Below, piece after piece: positions 9,996 to 19,519 of a stretch of DNA of 64,000 nucleotides. Under the pieces are notes generated by a model. The model made no database searches. It was given only the letters and a program-made list of their open reading frames with translations, and was not told the origin of the DNA. Origin of the DNA: an uncultured Phycisphaeraceae bacterium (lineage in GTDB: Bacteria; Planctomycetota; Phycisphaerae; Phycisphaerales; UBA1924); contig CAZVZG010000001.1 in NCBI GenBank assembly GCA_964630785.1, positions 207,427-271,426 of the forward strand. The letters are read 5' to 3'. The first letter of the stretch is position 1; each line of letters opens with the position of its first letter. A program made the position numbers and the translations under genes.

Positions 9996-11495
9996 TCACC
10001 CCTTCGCGATCACGCCCGCCGCATCGTCGAGGATCTCGTTGGCGATCGCCCCCGTGGGCGCCTCGGCGATGAGGCGCATGATCGGCTCGGTGTTGCTGGC
10101 CCGCACGTGCAGCCACGCCCGCCGGGTCTCGAAGTCCACGCGCACGCCGTCCTGCGTGTCGAGCTTTTCGCCCGCGTAGGCCCGGCGCACGGCCTCGACC
10201 GCCACGCCGGCGCGTGAGGCGTCACCGCCCGCGAGATCGACCTTGCGCTTGACGATCGCGTACGCCGGGATGTCGGCGACGAGCACGCTGACGGGCTTCT
10301 GCGTCCGCGCCATGAGCGCGAGGATCAGGCCCATGCCGCTCAAGCTGTCGCGGATGTAGGTGACCCCGGGCCAGATCACGCCGCCGTTGCCCTCGCCGCC
10401 GAAGGCCGCGTTGTGTTGTTTCATCGCCTCGACGACGTTGGCCTCGCCGACGGCGGTGCGGACGACGCGCACGCCGTGGCGGGCGCACACGTCGTCGATC
10501 ATGCGGCTGGTGGAGAGGTTCACGCACACCGCGCCGCCGCGGAACCTGTCGGGCTGGGCCCCGAGCACGGCCTCGGCGCAGAGCGCGAGCGTGTACTCCT
10601 CGCCGATGTACTCGCCGCGTTCATCGACGATGGCGAGGCGGTCGGCGTCTGGGTCCTGGGCGAAACCGACGTCGGCCCGCTTCTCCTTGACGAAGCGGCA
10701 CAGGGCCCCGAGGTTCTCGCGGGTCGGCTCGGGCGTGTGCGGGAAGACGCCGCTCTCGCCCGCGCCCAGGTGGTGCACCAGCCGGCGGCCGAGCAGTTCC
10801 TTGCCCGCGACCCGCCCCGAGGCGTTCACCGAGTCGAGCACGCACCGGATGCCCATCGAGCGGCGGTCGTCGTGCGCGCCGATGCCGACGAGGGCCTCTC
10901 TGACCACGGTCAGGTGCGTCTGCGCGGCCTCGTCGGGCAGCCCCAGGCCGCCGCGGGCGGTGCTGGTGATCGCGCCGACTTCGGCGGGTCCGGGGAGGTC
11001 GGCCGGCTCGGCGCGCCCGCTGCGCGCGACCGCGGCGTGATAGTCCGCGATGATCGCGTCGGCGAAGGCCCTGTTGGGGGCCGACGCGGCGGCGTGGCCC
11101 GGCTTGGCCGCGCTGTCGCGCAGCATCGGCTTGAGCCCGTTCCATTCCTGCGGGTTGTGGCTGGCGGTGACGACCAGCCCGCCGGCCGCGGCGCAGGCGT
11201 CCACCATCACGCCGATGGTCGGCGTCATGGCGACGCCGGCGTCAAGCACGTCGCACCCTGCACCCGCGAGCCCGGCCGCGGCCGCGCGGGCGAGCACGTC
11301 GCCGGCGAGCCGCCCGTCACGCCCCAGAACAACGAGCGGTCGGGCGGCGGGTTGGCCGGTCGCGCGCCGGCGGAGGTAAGTTCCGTACACCGCGCCGAAC
11401 CGGGCCGCGACCTCGGGGGTCATGGTGCGCCCGAAGATGCCGCGACAACCGCTGACGCTGAGCATAAAGGGGACGTGCGGGTCAGTCGGTGTCAT
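9996..11495 (-). CDS. Phosphomannomutase / phosphoglucomutase (alpha-D-phosphohexomutase)
   Basis: Active-site 'TASHNPQEWNGLK'; four-domain PGM/PMM architecture; start trimmed to 'MTPTDPHVPF'. Confidence 0.8.
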   Translation of the reverse strand: MTPTDPHVPFMLSVSGCRGIFGRTMTPEVAARFGAVYGTYLRRRATGQPAARPLVVLGRDGRLAGDVLARAAAAGLAGAGCDVLDAGVAMTPTIGVMVDACAAAGGLVVTASHNPQEWNGLKPMLRDSAAKPGHAAASAPNRAFADAIIADYHAAVARSGRAEPADLPGPAEVGAITSTARGGLGLPDEAAQTHLTVVREALVGIGAHDDRRSMGIRCVLDSVNASGRVAGKELLGRRLVHHLGAGESGVFPHTPEPTRENLGALCRFVKEKRADVGFAQDPDADRLAIVDERGEYIGEEYTLALCAEAVLGAQPDRFRGGAVCVNLSTSRMIDDVCARHGVRVVRTAVGEANVVEAMKQHNAAFGGEGNGGVIWPGVTYIRDSLSGMGLILALMARTQKPVSVLVADIPAYAIVKRKVDLAGGDASRAGVAVEAVRRAYAGEKLDTQDGVRVDFETRRAWLHVRASNTEPIMRLIAEAPTGAIANEILDDAAGVIAKG

Positions 11496-11772
11496 GGGCG
11501 GCGGTCCTCGTCGGATGGGGTACGGGGTAGGTGGATTGGGAGGGTGAAAGGGATGTTGCGGCTGGGAACGAGGGATGAGGGAGTGGTGGGGAACGAAGGC
11601 TATTCCGGCGGGGAGTGATCGCGTCGGCGTGCGAGAAGCGGTCGCGCCCACGAACTCTTCCGGCACATTTCATCCACCGAGCCGCCGGCGGGTCCGGAAA
11701 GCGGTGGTGCCCGCCGTGCGTGGAATGTAAGTTATGTCTGCGGGCGCACGCGGGACGCGCAGGGAGGCTGTC

Positions 11773-12423
11773 ATGTCGCGGACGGTTCGATGGGGAGCGG
11801 GCGTGGTCGCGCTGGCCTTCGCGGCGACGGGGGCCTCTGCCCAGTTCGCGCAGTTCACGATCGACGCCGAGCACGCCTCCGGCCAGGCTGGTGGGGCGGC
11901 GTTTTCCAACGAGCCCGTCCGCTTCACCTTCCTGATGAACACTCAGACGGGTACGGCGGAGTTCGGCGGCGGCGGGGGCAGCACGATCTACGAGGACGTG
12001 GCCACGTCGGCCTGGCTGGATATCGGCGGCGATCGGTACGAGCGGCAGGGGCTCGGGCGGCTGTTCCTCACCGAGGACGAGGGCTTCGACTACCTCGTCG
12101 CCGATGTGTTCGGTCTGCACGCCACCTTCTGGCGGAACTGGACCGACGGTCCGTTCACAGACCCGTCGTTCGAGGCCCCGCTGAACACGGTGCTCCTGCC
12201 CGGCACGTACGAGCCGTTGCTGCTCGACCCGCGCTTCGGCGACGTGCTGCCCAACCGGCTGAGCGGCGTGTTTGACTCGCCGGGCGGGCAGGTCGGCGTC
12301 ACCGGCGCGGACATCCACCGCCTCACGCTGACGATCGTGCCCTCGCCCGGCTGCATGGGCGCGGCGGGGCTCGCGGGGTTGGGCTGGTGGGCGGGGCGGC
12401 GCCGGCGTTCGCGCCCGGCCTAG
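11773..12423 (+). CDS. Secreted protein with PEP-CTERM-like sorting tail
   Basis: Signal peptide 'VVALAFAATGASAQ'; C-terminus 'VPSPGCMGAAGLAGLGWWAGRRRRS' (PEP-like motif, TM helix, Arg cluster); 'agggagg' RBS. Confidence 0.6.
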   Translation: MSRTVRWGAGVVALAFAATGASAQFAQFTIDAEHASGQAGGAAFSNEPVRFTFLMNTQTGTAEFGGGGGSTIYEDVATSAWLDIGGDRYERQGLGRLFLTEDEGFDYLVADVFGLHATFWRNWTDGPFTDPSFEAPLNTVLLPGTYEPLLLDPRFGDVLPNRLSGVFDSPGGQVGVTGADIHRLTLTIVPSPGCMGAAGLAGLGWWAGRRRRSRPA

Positions 12424-13760
12424 GGCGCCCGCACGGCCTCGACCACGCGCAGTTGTTCCGGTTCGATCCGCGAGAGGTCGATGGCGCATCCGTAAGGGCT
12501 CGCTGAGCCCTCGGGCTGAACGACGTGGACGGTGGGCCGGTCGGGCGTGCCCGGCTTGGCACCCGCGCTCACGACGGCGACGTGCCCGCTGCTGAGTTTC
12601 ACGAACGATCCCGCGGGGTAAAGCCCCAGCGCATCGAGCAGGGCGCGCACGGCGGAAGCGTCGAACGCGCCGGCCGCGGCGAGATGGGCCAGTTCGCTTA
12701 TGGCCGCTTGGGCCGTGAGCGCGGGCCGGTGGGCGCGCGGGGCGGTCATCCCGGCGAAGGCGCCGGCCGCGGCCACCAGCCGCGCGTAGTCGTGCATCTG
12801 TTCGGCGTGCAGCCCGGTCGGATAGCCCGACCCGTCGCACCGCTCGTGGTGCTGATAGACGCTCAGCACGACGCTCTCGGGCAGGCCGCGAACGTTCCGC
12901 AGGAGCGCAACGGCGTGCTCGGGGTGCCGGCGCACCGCGTTGAGCTCGATCTCGGTCAGCGGCCGTCCGGCCTGGCGCACGGGGTGCGGCACAAGGCCCA
13001 TACCCACGTCGCAGAGGAAGCCGGTGACCGCGACGGCGCGGGCATCGCTCCGCGCCCAGCCCAGCCGGGCCGCCATGCCCAGAGCCAGCGCGCCCACCGT
13101 GAAGGCGTGGTCTGGCAGTGAGTCGGCCGGCCGCGGCAAGCCCATCGCGATGATCGCGTACATCGTCGGGTGGCGAGAGACGGCATCGGCGAGGTCGTCG
13201 GCGATCTCGGCCAGCGCCTCGACCCCGATCCGCTCGCCGTCGAGCAGCCGGGCCAGCAGTGATCGCAGGGCGAGCACGCCCGCGTCGCGCCGGACACGCA
13301 GCAGTCGCTCGATCGGGCTGGGGACCGCGCCCGGGCCGGGTTCGGAGTCGTCGATCGGGATCGGGTCGAGCCCGACGGTCACGCCCCGCGGCAGGTTCTC
13401 CCAGCGCTGGCGAGAGCCCTGCACGATTGCCGCCCCGGCACGGCGCAGGTCGGCACGCAAGTGCGCCAGCCGGCGCTCGTTTGCCCGGGCGTCCAGTTCT
13501 TCGATCCGCACGCCCACGACCGGGAGCACCGCGCCGACTACGCCCTCCCTGGCGTCCCCCGTCCAAACGTCCACCCGTGTGTCAAAGATCAACTCCGGAG
13601 GGCTGTCGGGGTCGCCGGAGGCCAGCGCGCCCGCCATCGCTTCGGTCAGCACTGTGCCCCCGTGTGCCAGCAACCGACCGGCGCGCGTGCGCAGCGTGTG
13701 CGGCAGGGGCGCGCCCACGTTCAGTTCGTCGGGCCGGACTTTGCGGGCCGCGGTTCGCAT
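12420..13760 (-). CDS. HD-GYP domain c-di-GMP phosphodiesterase-like protein
   Basis: 'YQHHERCDGSGYPTGL' HD-GYP signature; HD residues upstream. Confidence 0.75.
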   Translation of the reverse strand: MRTAARKVRPDELNVGAPLPHTLRTRAGRLLAHGGTVLTEAMAGALASGDPDSPPELIFDTRVDVWTGDAREGVVGAVLPVVGVRIEELDARANERRLAHLRADLRRAGAAIVQGSRQRWENLPRGVTVGLDPIPIDDSEPGPGAVPSPIERLLRVRRDAGVLALRSLLARLLDGERIGVEALAEIADDLADAVSRHPTMYAIIAMGLPRPADSLPDHAFTVGALALGMAARLGWARSDARAVAVTGFLCDVGMGLVPHPVRQAGRPLTEIELNAVRRHPEHAVALLRNVRGLPESVVLSVYQHHERCDGSGYPTGLHAEQMHDYARLVAAAGAFAGMTAPRAHRPALTAQAAISELAHLAAAGAFDASAVRALLDALGLYPAGSFVKLSSGHVAVVSAGAKPGTPDRPTVHVVQPEGSASPYGCAIDLSRIEPEQLRVVEAVRAP

Positions 13761-13845
13761 GGCTCGCCTTGGTTATCGGCAATCAGCCCCGCGGTGGTGA
13801 GGGGTTAGGATCGGCGCACATTCCTCCCAGCCCTACAGTGCCCCG

Positions 13846-14232
13846 ATGTACCAGGTCAGCGTCGAGACCGAGTTCTGCGCCGCACACGCGATCGTGCTGG
13901 GCGGCGAGCGCGAGCCCGTGCACGGTCACAACTGGCGCGTGACCGTGACGGTGGCGGGCGAAGAGCTGGACTCCGACGGCCTGCTGCTCGATTTCCACGC
14001 TCTGGAGCGATTGGTCGGTGAGATTATCGGACCTTTCGAGAACCGTGATCTGAACACCACGCCGCCGTTCGACCGGGTGAACCCAACAGCCGAACATGTC
14101 GCCCGTCACATCGCGGAAGGTGTTTCGGGCGGACTGGGGGCTTTGCGAACTGGGGCAGAACACCCCCGATTGAGGGTAGATTCCGTCCGTGTGACGGAGG
14201 CTCCGGGATGCGCGGTGGTCTATCGTCCCTGA
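13846..14232 (+). CDS. queD: 6-carboxy-5,6,7,8-tetrahydropterin synthase
   Basis: 'CAAHAIVLGGEREPVHGHNWRVTVTV' PTPS fold with Zn-binding His. Confidence 0.85.
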   Translation: MYQVSVETEFCAAHAIVLGGEREPVHGHNWRVTVTVAGEELDSDGLLLDFHALERLVGEIIGPFENRDLNTTPPFDRVNPTAEHVARHIAEGVSGGLGALRTGAEHPRLRVDSVRVTEAPGCAVVYRP

Positions 14233-14347
14233 CCGCCCGAGCCAGCGCGATCGGGCGAACCGGCGGGGGCTTTGGGTCGATTATGAGGGGTTCAGGAACG
14301 AGGGCGTCGGCCGCGCCCGCGACGGATCGGCCGCGCGCGGTGGCAGC

Positions 14348-16738
14348 ATGAACACGACAGACCCGCACCACTCACCCACAACCGACGCCGCCGCGAGTGC
14401 GCCGGCGGGGAGTGCTCGCCCGAGCACGCCCGCGTCCAGCGGCCCCACGCTCAGGTTGGCCGGCGAAGCCCCGCCGGCGCTGGTGAGCACGCCGGGAGAT
14501 GTGCTGCGGCCGGACGTGACCGAGGGCGCGACGACATTCAATCGCGACCTTTCGTGGCTGGAGTTCAACCGGCGCGTGCTCGCGCTGGCGATCGACGAGC
14601 GGACACCGCTGCTGGAGCGGGTGCGCTTCCTGGGGATCTTCAACTCCAACCTCGACGAGTTTGTGATGAAGCGGCTGGGCCTGCTGCACCGCCGGGTGAC
14701 CAGCGGGCAGATCGGCCCGGACCAGGACGGCGTGCCCGCGTCCGCGCTGCTCGCGGCCATGCGGGGGACCATCCGCGACTTGCAGCAGCGGCAGTTCGTG
14801 TGCTACGAGGACTCGATCCGGCCTGCTCTGGCGCAGGAGGGGATCGAACTGCTCGACTACACGTCGCTCGTGCCCGAGGAGCGGCGCTGGCTGCGCACGT
14901 GGTACCGCAAAAACGTGTTCCCGGTGCTTACTCCGCTGGCTGTGGACCCGGGACACCGGTTCCCGTTCATCTCGAACCTGTCGCGGAACCTGGGCGTGCT
15001 GCTGAGCGAGCCGGGCAGGCGCGACGATGAACCGCTCTTTGCGCGGGTGAAGGTGCCGAGCGTGCTCCCGCAGTGGGTGCGGCTGCCGGACCATCCCGAC
15101 GGGTCGAGCCGCGTGGCGTCGCCCGCGCCGGCGGCAGCCGGATCGGCCGGCGCGCACGGGCGGGTGGTCGGCGTGACGCAGGGACGTTTCGTCTCGATCC
15201 GCGACATCATCCAGAACAACCTCGACGACCTGTTCCCCGGGATGAACCTGGTCGAGATCACGCCGTTCCGAGTGACGCGCGACAGCGAGCAGGTGTCGGA
15301 GGCCGAGGCTGACGACGACGCGGACAACCTGCTGGAGCTGGTTGAGCAGCAGCTCAAGCAACGCCGCTTTGCGCACCCGGTGCGGGTGGAGATCGGGCCG
15401 AGCGCCTCGCCCAAGATCGTCGGTCACCTGGTCCAGGAGTTGGGCCTGACCACGGCCGAAGTGGACGAGCGGAACGGCCCGCTCGACTACACCACGATGC
15501 ACGAGATCGCGGAGCTGGACCGGCCCGACCTGAAGTGGAGCCCGTGGCGCCCCGTGACGCCCCCGCGCCTGTCCGACCGTCGTGAAGACATCTTCAGCGT
15601 GATCCGACAGGACGACCTGCTGGTGCACCACCCGTTCGAGAGCTTCCAGGAGAGCGCCGAGCGGTTCATCACCGAGGCGTCGCGCGACCCGGACGTGCTG
15701 TGCATCAAGCAGACGATCTACCGCACGAGCAAGGACTCGCCATTCGTGCACGCGCTCATCCGCGCGGCCGAGCAGGGCAAGCAGGTCGCGGTGCTGGTCG
15801 AGCTGCGGGCCCGCTTCGACGAACAGTCGAACGTGCGCTGGGCACGGCTGCTGGAGAAGGCCGGCGCCCACGTGGCGTACGGCGTCGTGGGATACAAGAC
15901 GCACTGCAAGGCGTCGATGGTGGTGCGGCGCGAGAGCGACGGGCTGCGCACGTACGTGCACATGGGCACGGGCAACTACAACACCCGCACGGCCATGATG
16001 TACACCGACCTGGGGTTCTTTACGTGCGAGCCGGGCGTCGCCGACGACGTCACGGAACTCTTCAACTTCCTCACGGGTCGCTCGCGCCTGGATACCTACG
16101 AGACGATCCTGGTCGCGCCGGTGAACATGAAGCGGCGGTTCGTCGAGATGATCCGGCGCGAGGCCGAGATCGCGCGGGCGCACGCGCGGGGCGAATCGCC
16201 CGTGGGCGGGCGCATCGTCGCCAAGATGAACGCGATGGCCGACAGCGAGGTGGCCGAGGAGCTCTACGCCGCCAGCCGCGCGGGCGTGGAGGTCACGCTG
16301 TTCATCCGTGGATTCTGCTGCCTGCGCCCCGGTGCGCCGGGGCTGAGCGAGAACATCCGTGTGATCAGCGTGCTCGGGCGGTTCCTCGAGCACTCGCGCA
16401 TTTTCTACTTCGGCGCGGGCAAGGCCGACCCGCTCGACGGAGAGTGGTTCATCGCCAGCGCCGATTGGATGTACCGCAACCTGAACAACCGCGTTGAGGC
16501 GGCCTGCCCGGTGCGCGGGCGGGCCTCGCGGGCCAAACTGCTGAACATCGTGCGCGTGATGGCCTCGGACAGGCGCGGCGCGTGGGAGCTGATGCCCGAC
16601 GGCTCGTACGCCCAGCGCACGCCCGAGCCCGGCGCCGCTTCCTCCCCCGATTCACCCGCGCTCATGGGTACCTTCGAGACGCTCATGCAGGACGCCATCG
16701 GCGCGGCACCGGGGCACGGGGCGGCGTCAAAGCCGTAG
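14348..16738 (+). CDS. ppk: Polyphosphate kinase 1
   Basis: 'RFLGIFNSNLDEFVMKR' N-domain; two PLD-like HKD domains; ~795 aa is typical. Confidence 0.9.
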   Translation: MNTTDPHHSPTTDAAASAPAGSARPSTPASSGPTLRLAGEAPPALVSTPGDVLRPDVTEGATTFNRDLSWLEFNRRVLALAIDERTPLLERVRFLGIFNSNLDEFVMKRLGLLHRRVTSGQIGPDQDGVPASALLAAMRGTIRDLQQRQFVCYEDSIRPALAQEGIELLDYTSLVPEERRWLRTWYRKNVFPVLTPLAVDPGHRFPFISNLSRNLGVLLSEPGRRDDEPLFARVKVPSVLPQWVRLPDHPDGSSRVASPAPAAAGSAGAHGRVVGVTQGRFVSIRDIIQNNLDDLFPGMNLVEITPFRVTRDSEQVSEAEADDDADNLLELVEQQLKQRRFAHPVRVEIGPSASPKIVGHLVQELGLTTAEVDERNGPLDYTTMHEIAELDRPDLKWSPWRPVTPPRLSDRREDIFSVIRQDDLLVHHPFESFQESAERFITEASRDPDVLCIKQTIYRTSKDSPFVHALIRAAEQGKQVAVLVELRARFDEQSNVRWARLLEKAGAHVAYGVVGYKTHCKASMVVRRESDGLRTYVHMGTGNYNTRTAMMYTDLGFFTCEPGVADDVTELFNFLTGRSRLDTYETILVAPVNMKRRFVEMIRREAEIARAHARGESPVGGRIVAKMNAMADSEVAEELYAASRAGVEVTLFIRGFCCLRPGAPGLSENIRVISVLGRFLEHSRIFYFGAGKADPLDGEWFIASADWMYRNLNNRVEAACPVRGRASRAKLLNIVRVMASDRRGAWELMPDGSYAQRTPEPGAASSPDSPALMGTFETLMQDAIGAAPGHGAASKP

Positions 16739-16753
16739 CCGCGCGGCCCGACC

Positions 16754-17743
16754 TCAGCGCACCCGCTTGTTCCGGTATTTCGCGTGACAGTCCTCGCACG
16801 ACGCGGCCACGAGCTTGTGGTTCGCCTCGATCCGATCCGCCGGCGCGTGCTCAACGATCGAGGTTTCCAGTTGGCTCGACACGTCGATCGCGTGCTTGAG
16901 CTTGGACATGAAGTCGGGTCCCAACGCCTGCGCACGGGGGTCCTCACCGGCGATCCGGAACAGGTCCACCAGCCTTCCCGCCTCGGCCGCGGGAACCAGG
17001 TCGGGGTGGTTCTTCGGCACCGTCCATCCCGCGCCGCGGACCGCACTCAGGTGCTCGAAGACCTCATCGGTCTCCACCATCGCGCCGGTGATCCCCCGGG
17101 CCTTCTGCACGGGCTTGAAGTCGTCGGGCGTCGCCGCGAGTTCCTCGGGGGTCGCCCGCTGGGCCGTCGCCACGCAGTGGTACAGCCCCGTGTAGTTCGG
17201 CGAAGTCCCCGCCGTCTTCATGTATGAAACACCCTGATCCGGCGTGATGAAGCCGAGGGTGACGCCCACCGCCGCGGCGGCCGCGGCCGCCCGGTGCTTG
17301 CCGTGGTGGCAATGGATGTAGATCGGCCCGGGCAGTTCCTCGATCGCCTTGGCGATCTCCATCCGCTGCGGGTCGGGGACGTCGGCGTAGGTCACGGGGA
17401 TGTGGATGTACCTCATGCCGTGGGCCGCGGCCCGTGCGACGTCCGGGCTGGCGCCATCGACCGAGATGATCGTCCTGATCCCCATTCGCCGGAGCTCTTC
17501 AAATCCCGCGTCGCCCTCGGGGACGCCCCCGCTGATGATCCGGCCGTCCGACCCTTCCATGCGGTAGACGTTGGCGAGCGCGTCGTCGTGCGGCACGGGC
17601 ACGGCCACGCCCGAGGCGGCTGCCGCGGCGGGCGCCGTGGCCTGGGGGGGAGTAGAGACTGATTTGGCGGTCTGTGTGTGAGAGCAGGACGCCGCCGACA
17701 CGCAGAGGCCGGCGATGGCGAGACCGAGGGCGGGACGGCGCAT
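16754..17743 (-). CDS. Lipoprotein with PTP-like (CX5R, DUF442-like) phosphatase domain fused to a cytochrome c'-like C-terminal CxxCH domain
   Basis: Lipobox 'AASCS'; 'IYIHCHHGKHR' CX5R P-loop; C-terminal 'ASCEDCHAKYRNKR' typical of class II c-type cytochromes. Confidence 0.6.
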   Translation of the reverse strand: MRRPALGLAIAGLCVSAASCSHTQTAKSVSTPPQATAPAAAAASGVAVPVPHDDALANVYRMEGSDGRIISGGVPEGDAGFEELRRMGIRTIISVDGASPDVARAAAHGMRYIHIPVTYADVPDPQRMEIAKAIEELPGPIYIHCHHGKHRAAAAAAAVGVTLGFITPDQGVSYMKTAGTSPNYTGLYHCVATAQRATPEELAATPDDFKPVQKARGITGAMVETDEVFEHLSAVRGAGWTVPKNHPDLVPAAEAGRLVDLFRIAGEDPRAQALGPDFMSKLKHAIDVSSQLETSIVEHAPADRIEANHKLVAASCEDCHAKYRNKRVR

Positions 17744-17911
17744 CAACGAGGTCTCCGGTCGCGGGCTCGGGGCGCGCCGGGGCGGCGCGCTCGACCGATC
17801 CTCGCTGGTCACGGAGTCTACCCAGCCGTCGCACCCGTGTTGCACCCCGTGCACACCCTCGATTCATTTTCAGTGCGAAGATTTGATCCACGATCTCGAC
17901 GCGGGCGACGT

Positions 17912-19105
17912 TCACGCCCGGAACACCAGCCCCGGCTCCAGGCGCAACACGGCCCGGGTGCTGAGCAAGGCCGCGGCCGCGCACACGAACAGCACGGTGA
18001 TCGCGCTCAGGCCCAGCGTCGGCCACATGAGCAGGTAAGGCATCACCTTGGTGCTCATCATGTGCGAGAGCGTGGTCGAGAGACCCAGGCCCAGCCCGTA
18101 GCCGAGGGCTCCGCACACGGCGGCCTGCACGCTCACCATTCGGACGATCGTCCGGTCGGTGGCGCCCAGAGCCTTGAGCGTCGCGTAGTACCGCAGGTTG
18201 TCGGAAGTGAAGAGGTACAGCAGCAGCCCGCTCACCAGCCCGCCGACGACCACGGCGAGGGTGACCATGAACGCGATCCGGCCGACCACGCCCGTGGTCC
18301 GCACGAAGTACCAGAACGTGTCGGTCTCGAACTCGAGTCTGGTGCGGGCGCGGAGCCCCGTCCGCTCCTGGATCCTCAGGGCCAGCGCGTGGTGGTCGTC
18401 TCCCGGCGCGGCCTTCACCAGCACGAACGAGAGCAGGTTGCGTTCCGAGGGGGCGATCGAAAGTGCCCGCGTGTAGGTGGTGTACAGCACCGGCTTGGAA
18501 ATGAGCCGGGTGCCCAGCTCCGCCTCGCCTACGACCTTGAGGCGGTGGTCGTTGACCAGCAACTCGTCGCCGACCTCCAGCGGGCGCGTGGGCACGGTGA
18601 AATCGGGGATGTTCCAGCCCGGGTTCTTGAGGCGAGGCTCCACGGGCATGCGCAGCAGAGTGCGGGCTCCCTCGGTGTCCACGATCACGGTGTCCGCGGC
18701 CCGGAGCGATTCAACGCTTCCCTTCACCATCGTCGCCGGCGCGCCCACCAGCGTCGCGTCGTCCACGCCGATGAGAAGCACGGCCCGCACCTGCCCGCTG
18801 GGCAGGCGGGCCCGCAGCGTGCCGGTGTAGAGGGGCACGGCCCAGCGCACGCCGCGAACGCTCTGCACCCGGCGAAGGGCCGTCGAGGGCAGCCCGGCCG
18901 GCTCGTCGCAGTATTCGACGGCGGGGTCCATCACCCAGATGTCGGCCTCGGGGATGTCGGCGACCAGCGCGAAGGAGCGCTCCATCATCCCCGCGAACAT
19001 CGCCAGCAAGTGCGTGGTGAGGAAGGTGCAGAACATCACCCCAAGCACCACGCCCAGGAGCTTGGCCGCGTCACCAAAGAGCATCTGGATCGCGATGCGG
19101 ATCAC
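17912..19105 (-). CDS. ABC transporter permease, FtsX/MacB/DevC family
   Basis: N-terminal TM, large periplasmic domain and C-terminal three-TM FtsX-like bundle; no ATPase gene adjacent. Confidence 0.8.
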   Translation of the reverse strand: MIRIAIQMLFGDAAKLLGVVLGVMFCTFLTTHLLAMFAGMMERSFALVADIPEADIWVMDPAVEYCDEPAGLPSTALRRVQSVRGVRWAVPLYTGTLRARLPSGQVRAVLLIGVDDATLVGAPATMVKGSVESLRAADTVIVDTEGARTLLRMPVEPRLKNPGWNIPDFTVPTRPLEVGDELLVNDHRLKVVGEAELGTRLISKPVLYTTYTRALSIAPSERNLLSFVLVKAAPGDDHHALALRIQERTGLRARTRLEFETDTFWYFVRTTGVVGRIAFMVTLAVVVGGLVSGLLLYLFTSDNLRYYATLKALGATDRTIVRMVSVQAAVCGALGYGLGLGLSTTLSHMMSTKVMPYLLMWPTLGLSAITVLFVCAAAALLSTRAVLRLEPGLVFRA

Positions 19106-19246
19106 TCGTGCTCATCGTACCGCGCGCCGCGGCAGCCAAGGCGGGCCACGGATTGCACGGATTGGCACGGATTGTGACTTTGGCCGCGGATGAACGCGGA
19201 TTGACGCGGATCAGGAATGGATACAGTGGTGGCACCGACCAAGACA

Positions 19247-19509
19247 GGCCGCAGATTGCGCAGATGGGCGCAGATCAGGGATCGAATCTGCGTCAATCTG
19301 CGCGATCTGCGGCTGTTCTCCGCACCGTTCAAATCCGTGTTCATCGGTGTTCATCCGTGGCCGAGTCTCGGCCTTCGGAGTGGAGAGCAAAGGCCGGCCG
19401 CAGATTGCGCAGATGAGCGCAGATCAGGAATCAAATCTGCGCATATCTGCGAGATCTGCGGCGGCATCTGATCCAAAGATCCGTGCCCATCGGTGCAATC
19501 CGTGGCCGG
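19247..19509. repeat. Two tandem ~149-bp repeat units, each with a 28-bp-arm imperfect hairpin (CGCAGAT x3 / ATCTGCG x3) plus CACGGAT(T) direct repeats
   Basis: 19247..19365 aligns with 19396..19509 by eye; lies between the 3' end of topA and the 5' end of the FtsX permease gene. Confidence 0.7.
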
Positions 19510-19519
19510 TTCCGGCCTG

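Noticed and set aside
14372-16393. 673-aa ORF antisense to ppk
   Set aside because: Entirely within ppk1 on the opposite strand. Extreme Arg/Ala bias typical of GC-frame artefacts.
17678-19177. 499-aa ORF antisense to FtsX permease
   Set aside because: Shadow ORF. The minus-strand product has the expected TM topology.
19247-19509. Possible CRISPR array
   Set aside because: Only two long (149-bp) units with internal hairpins and no short unique spacers.
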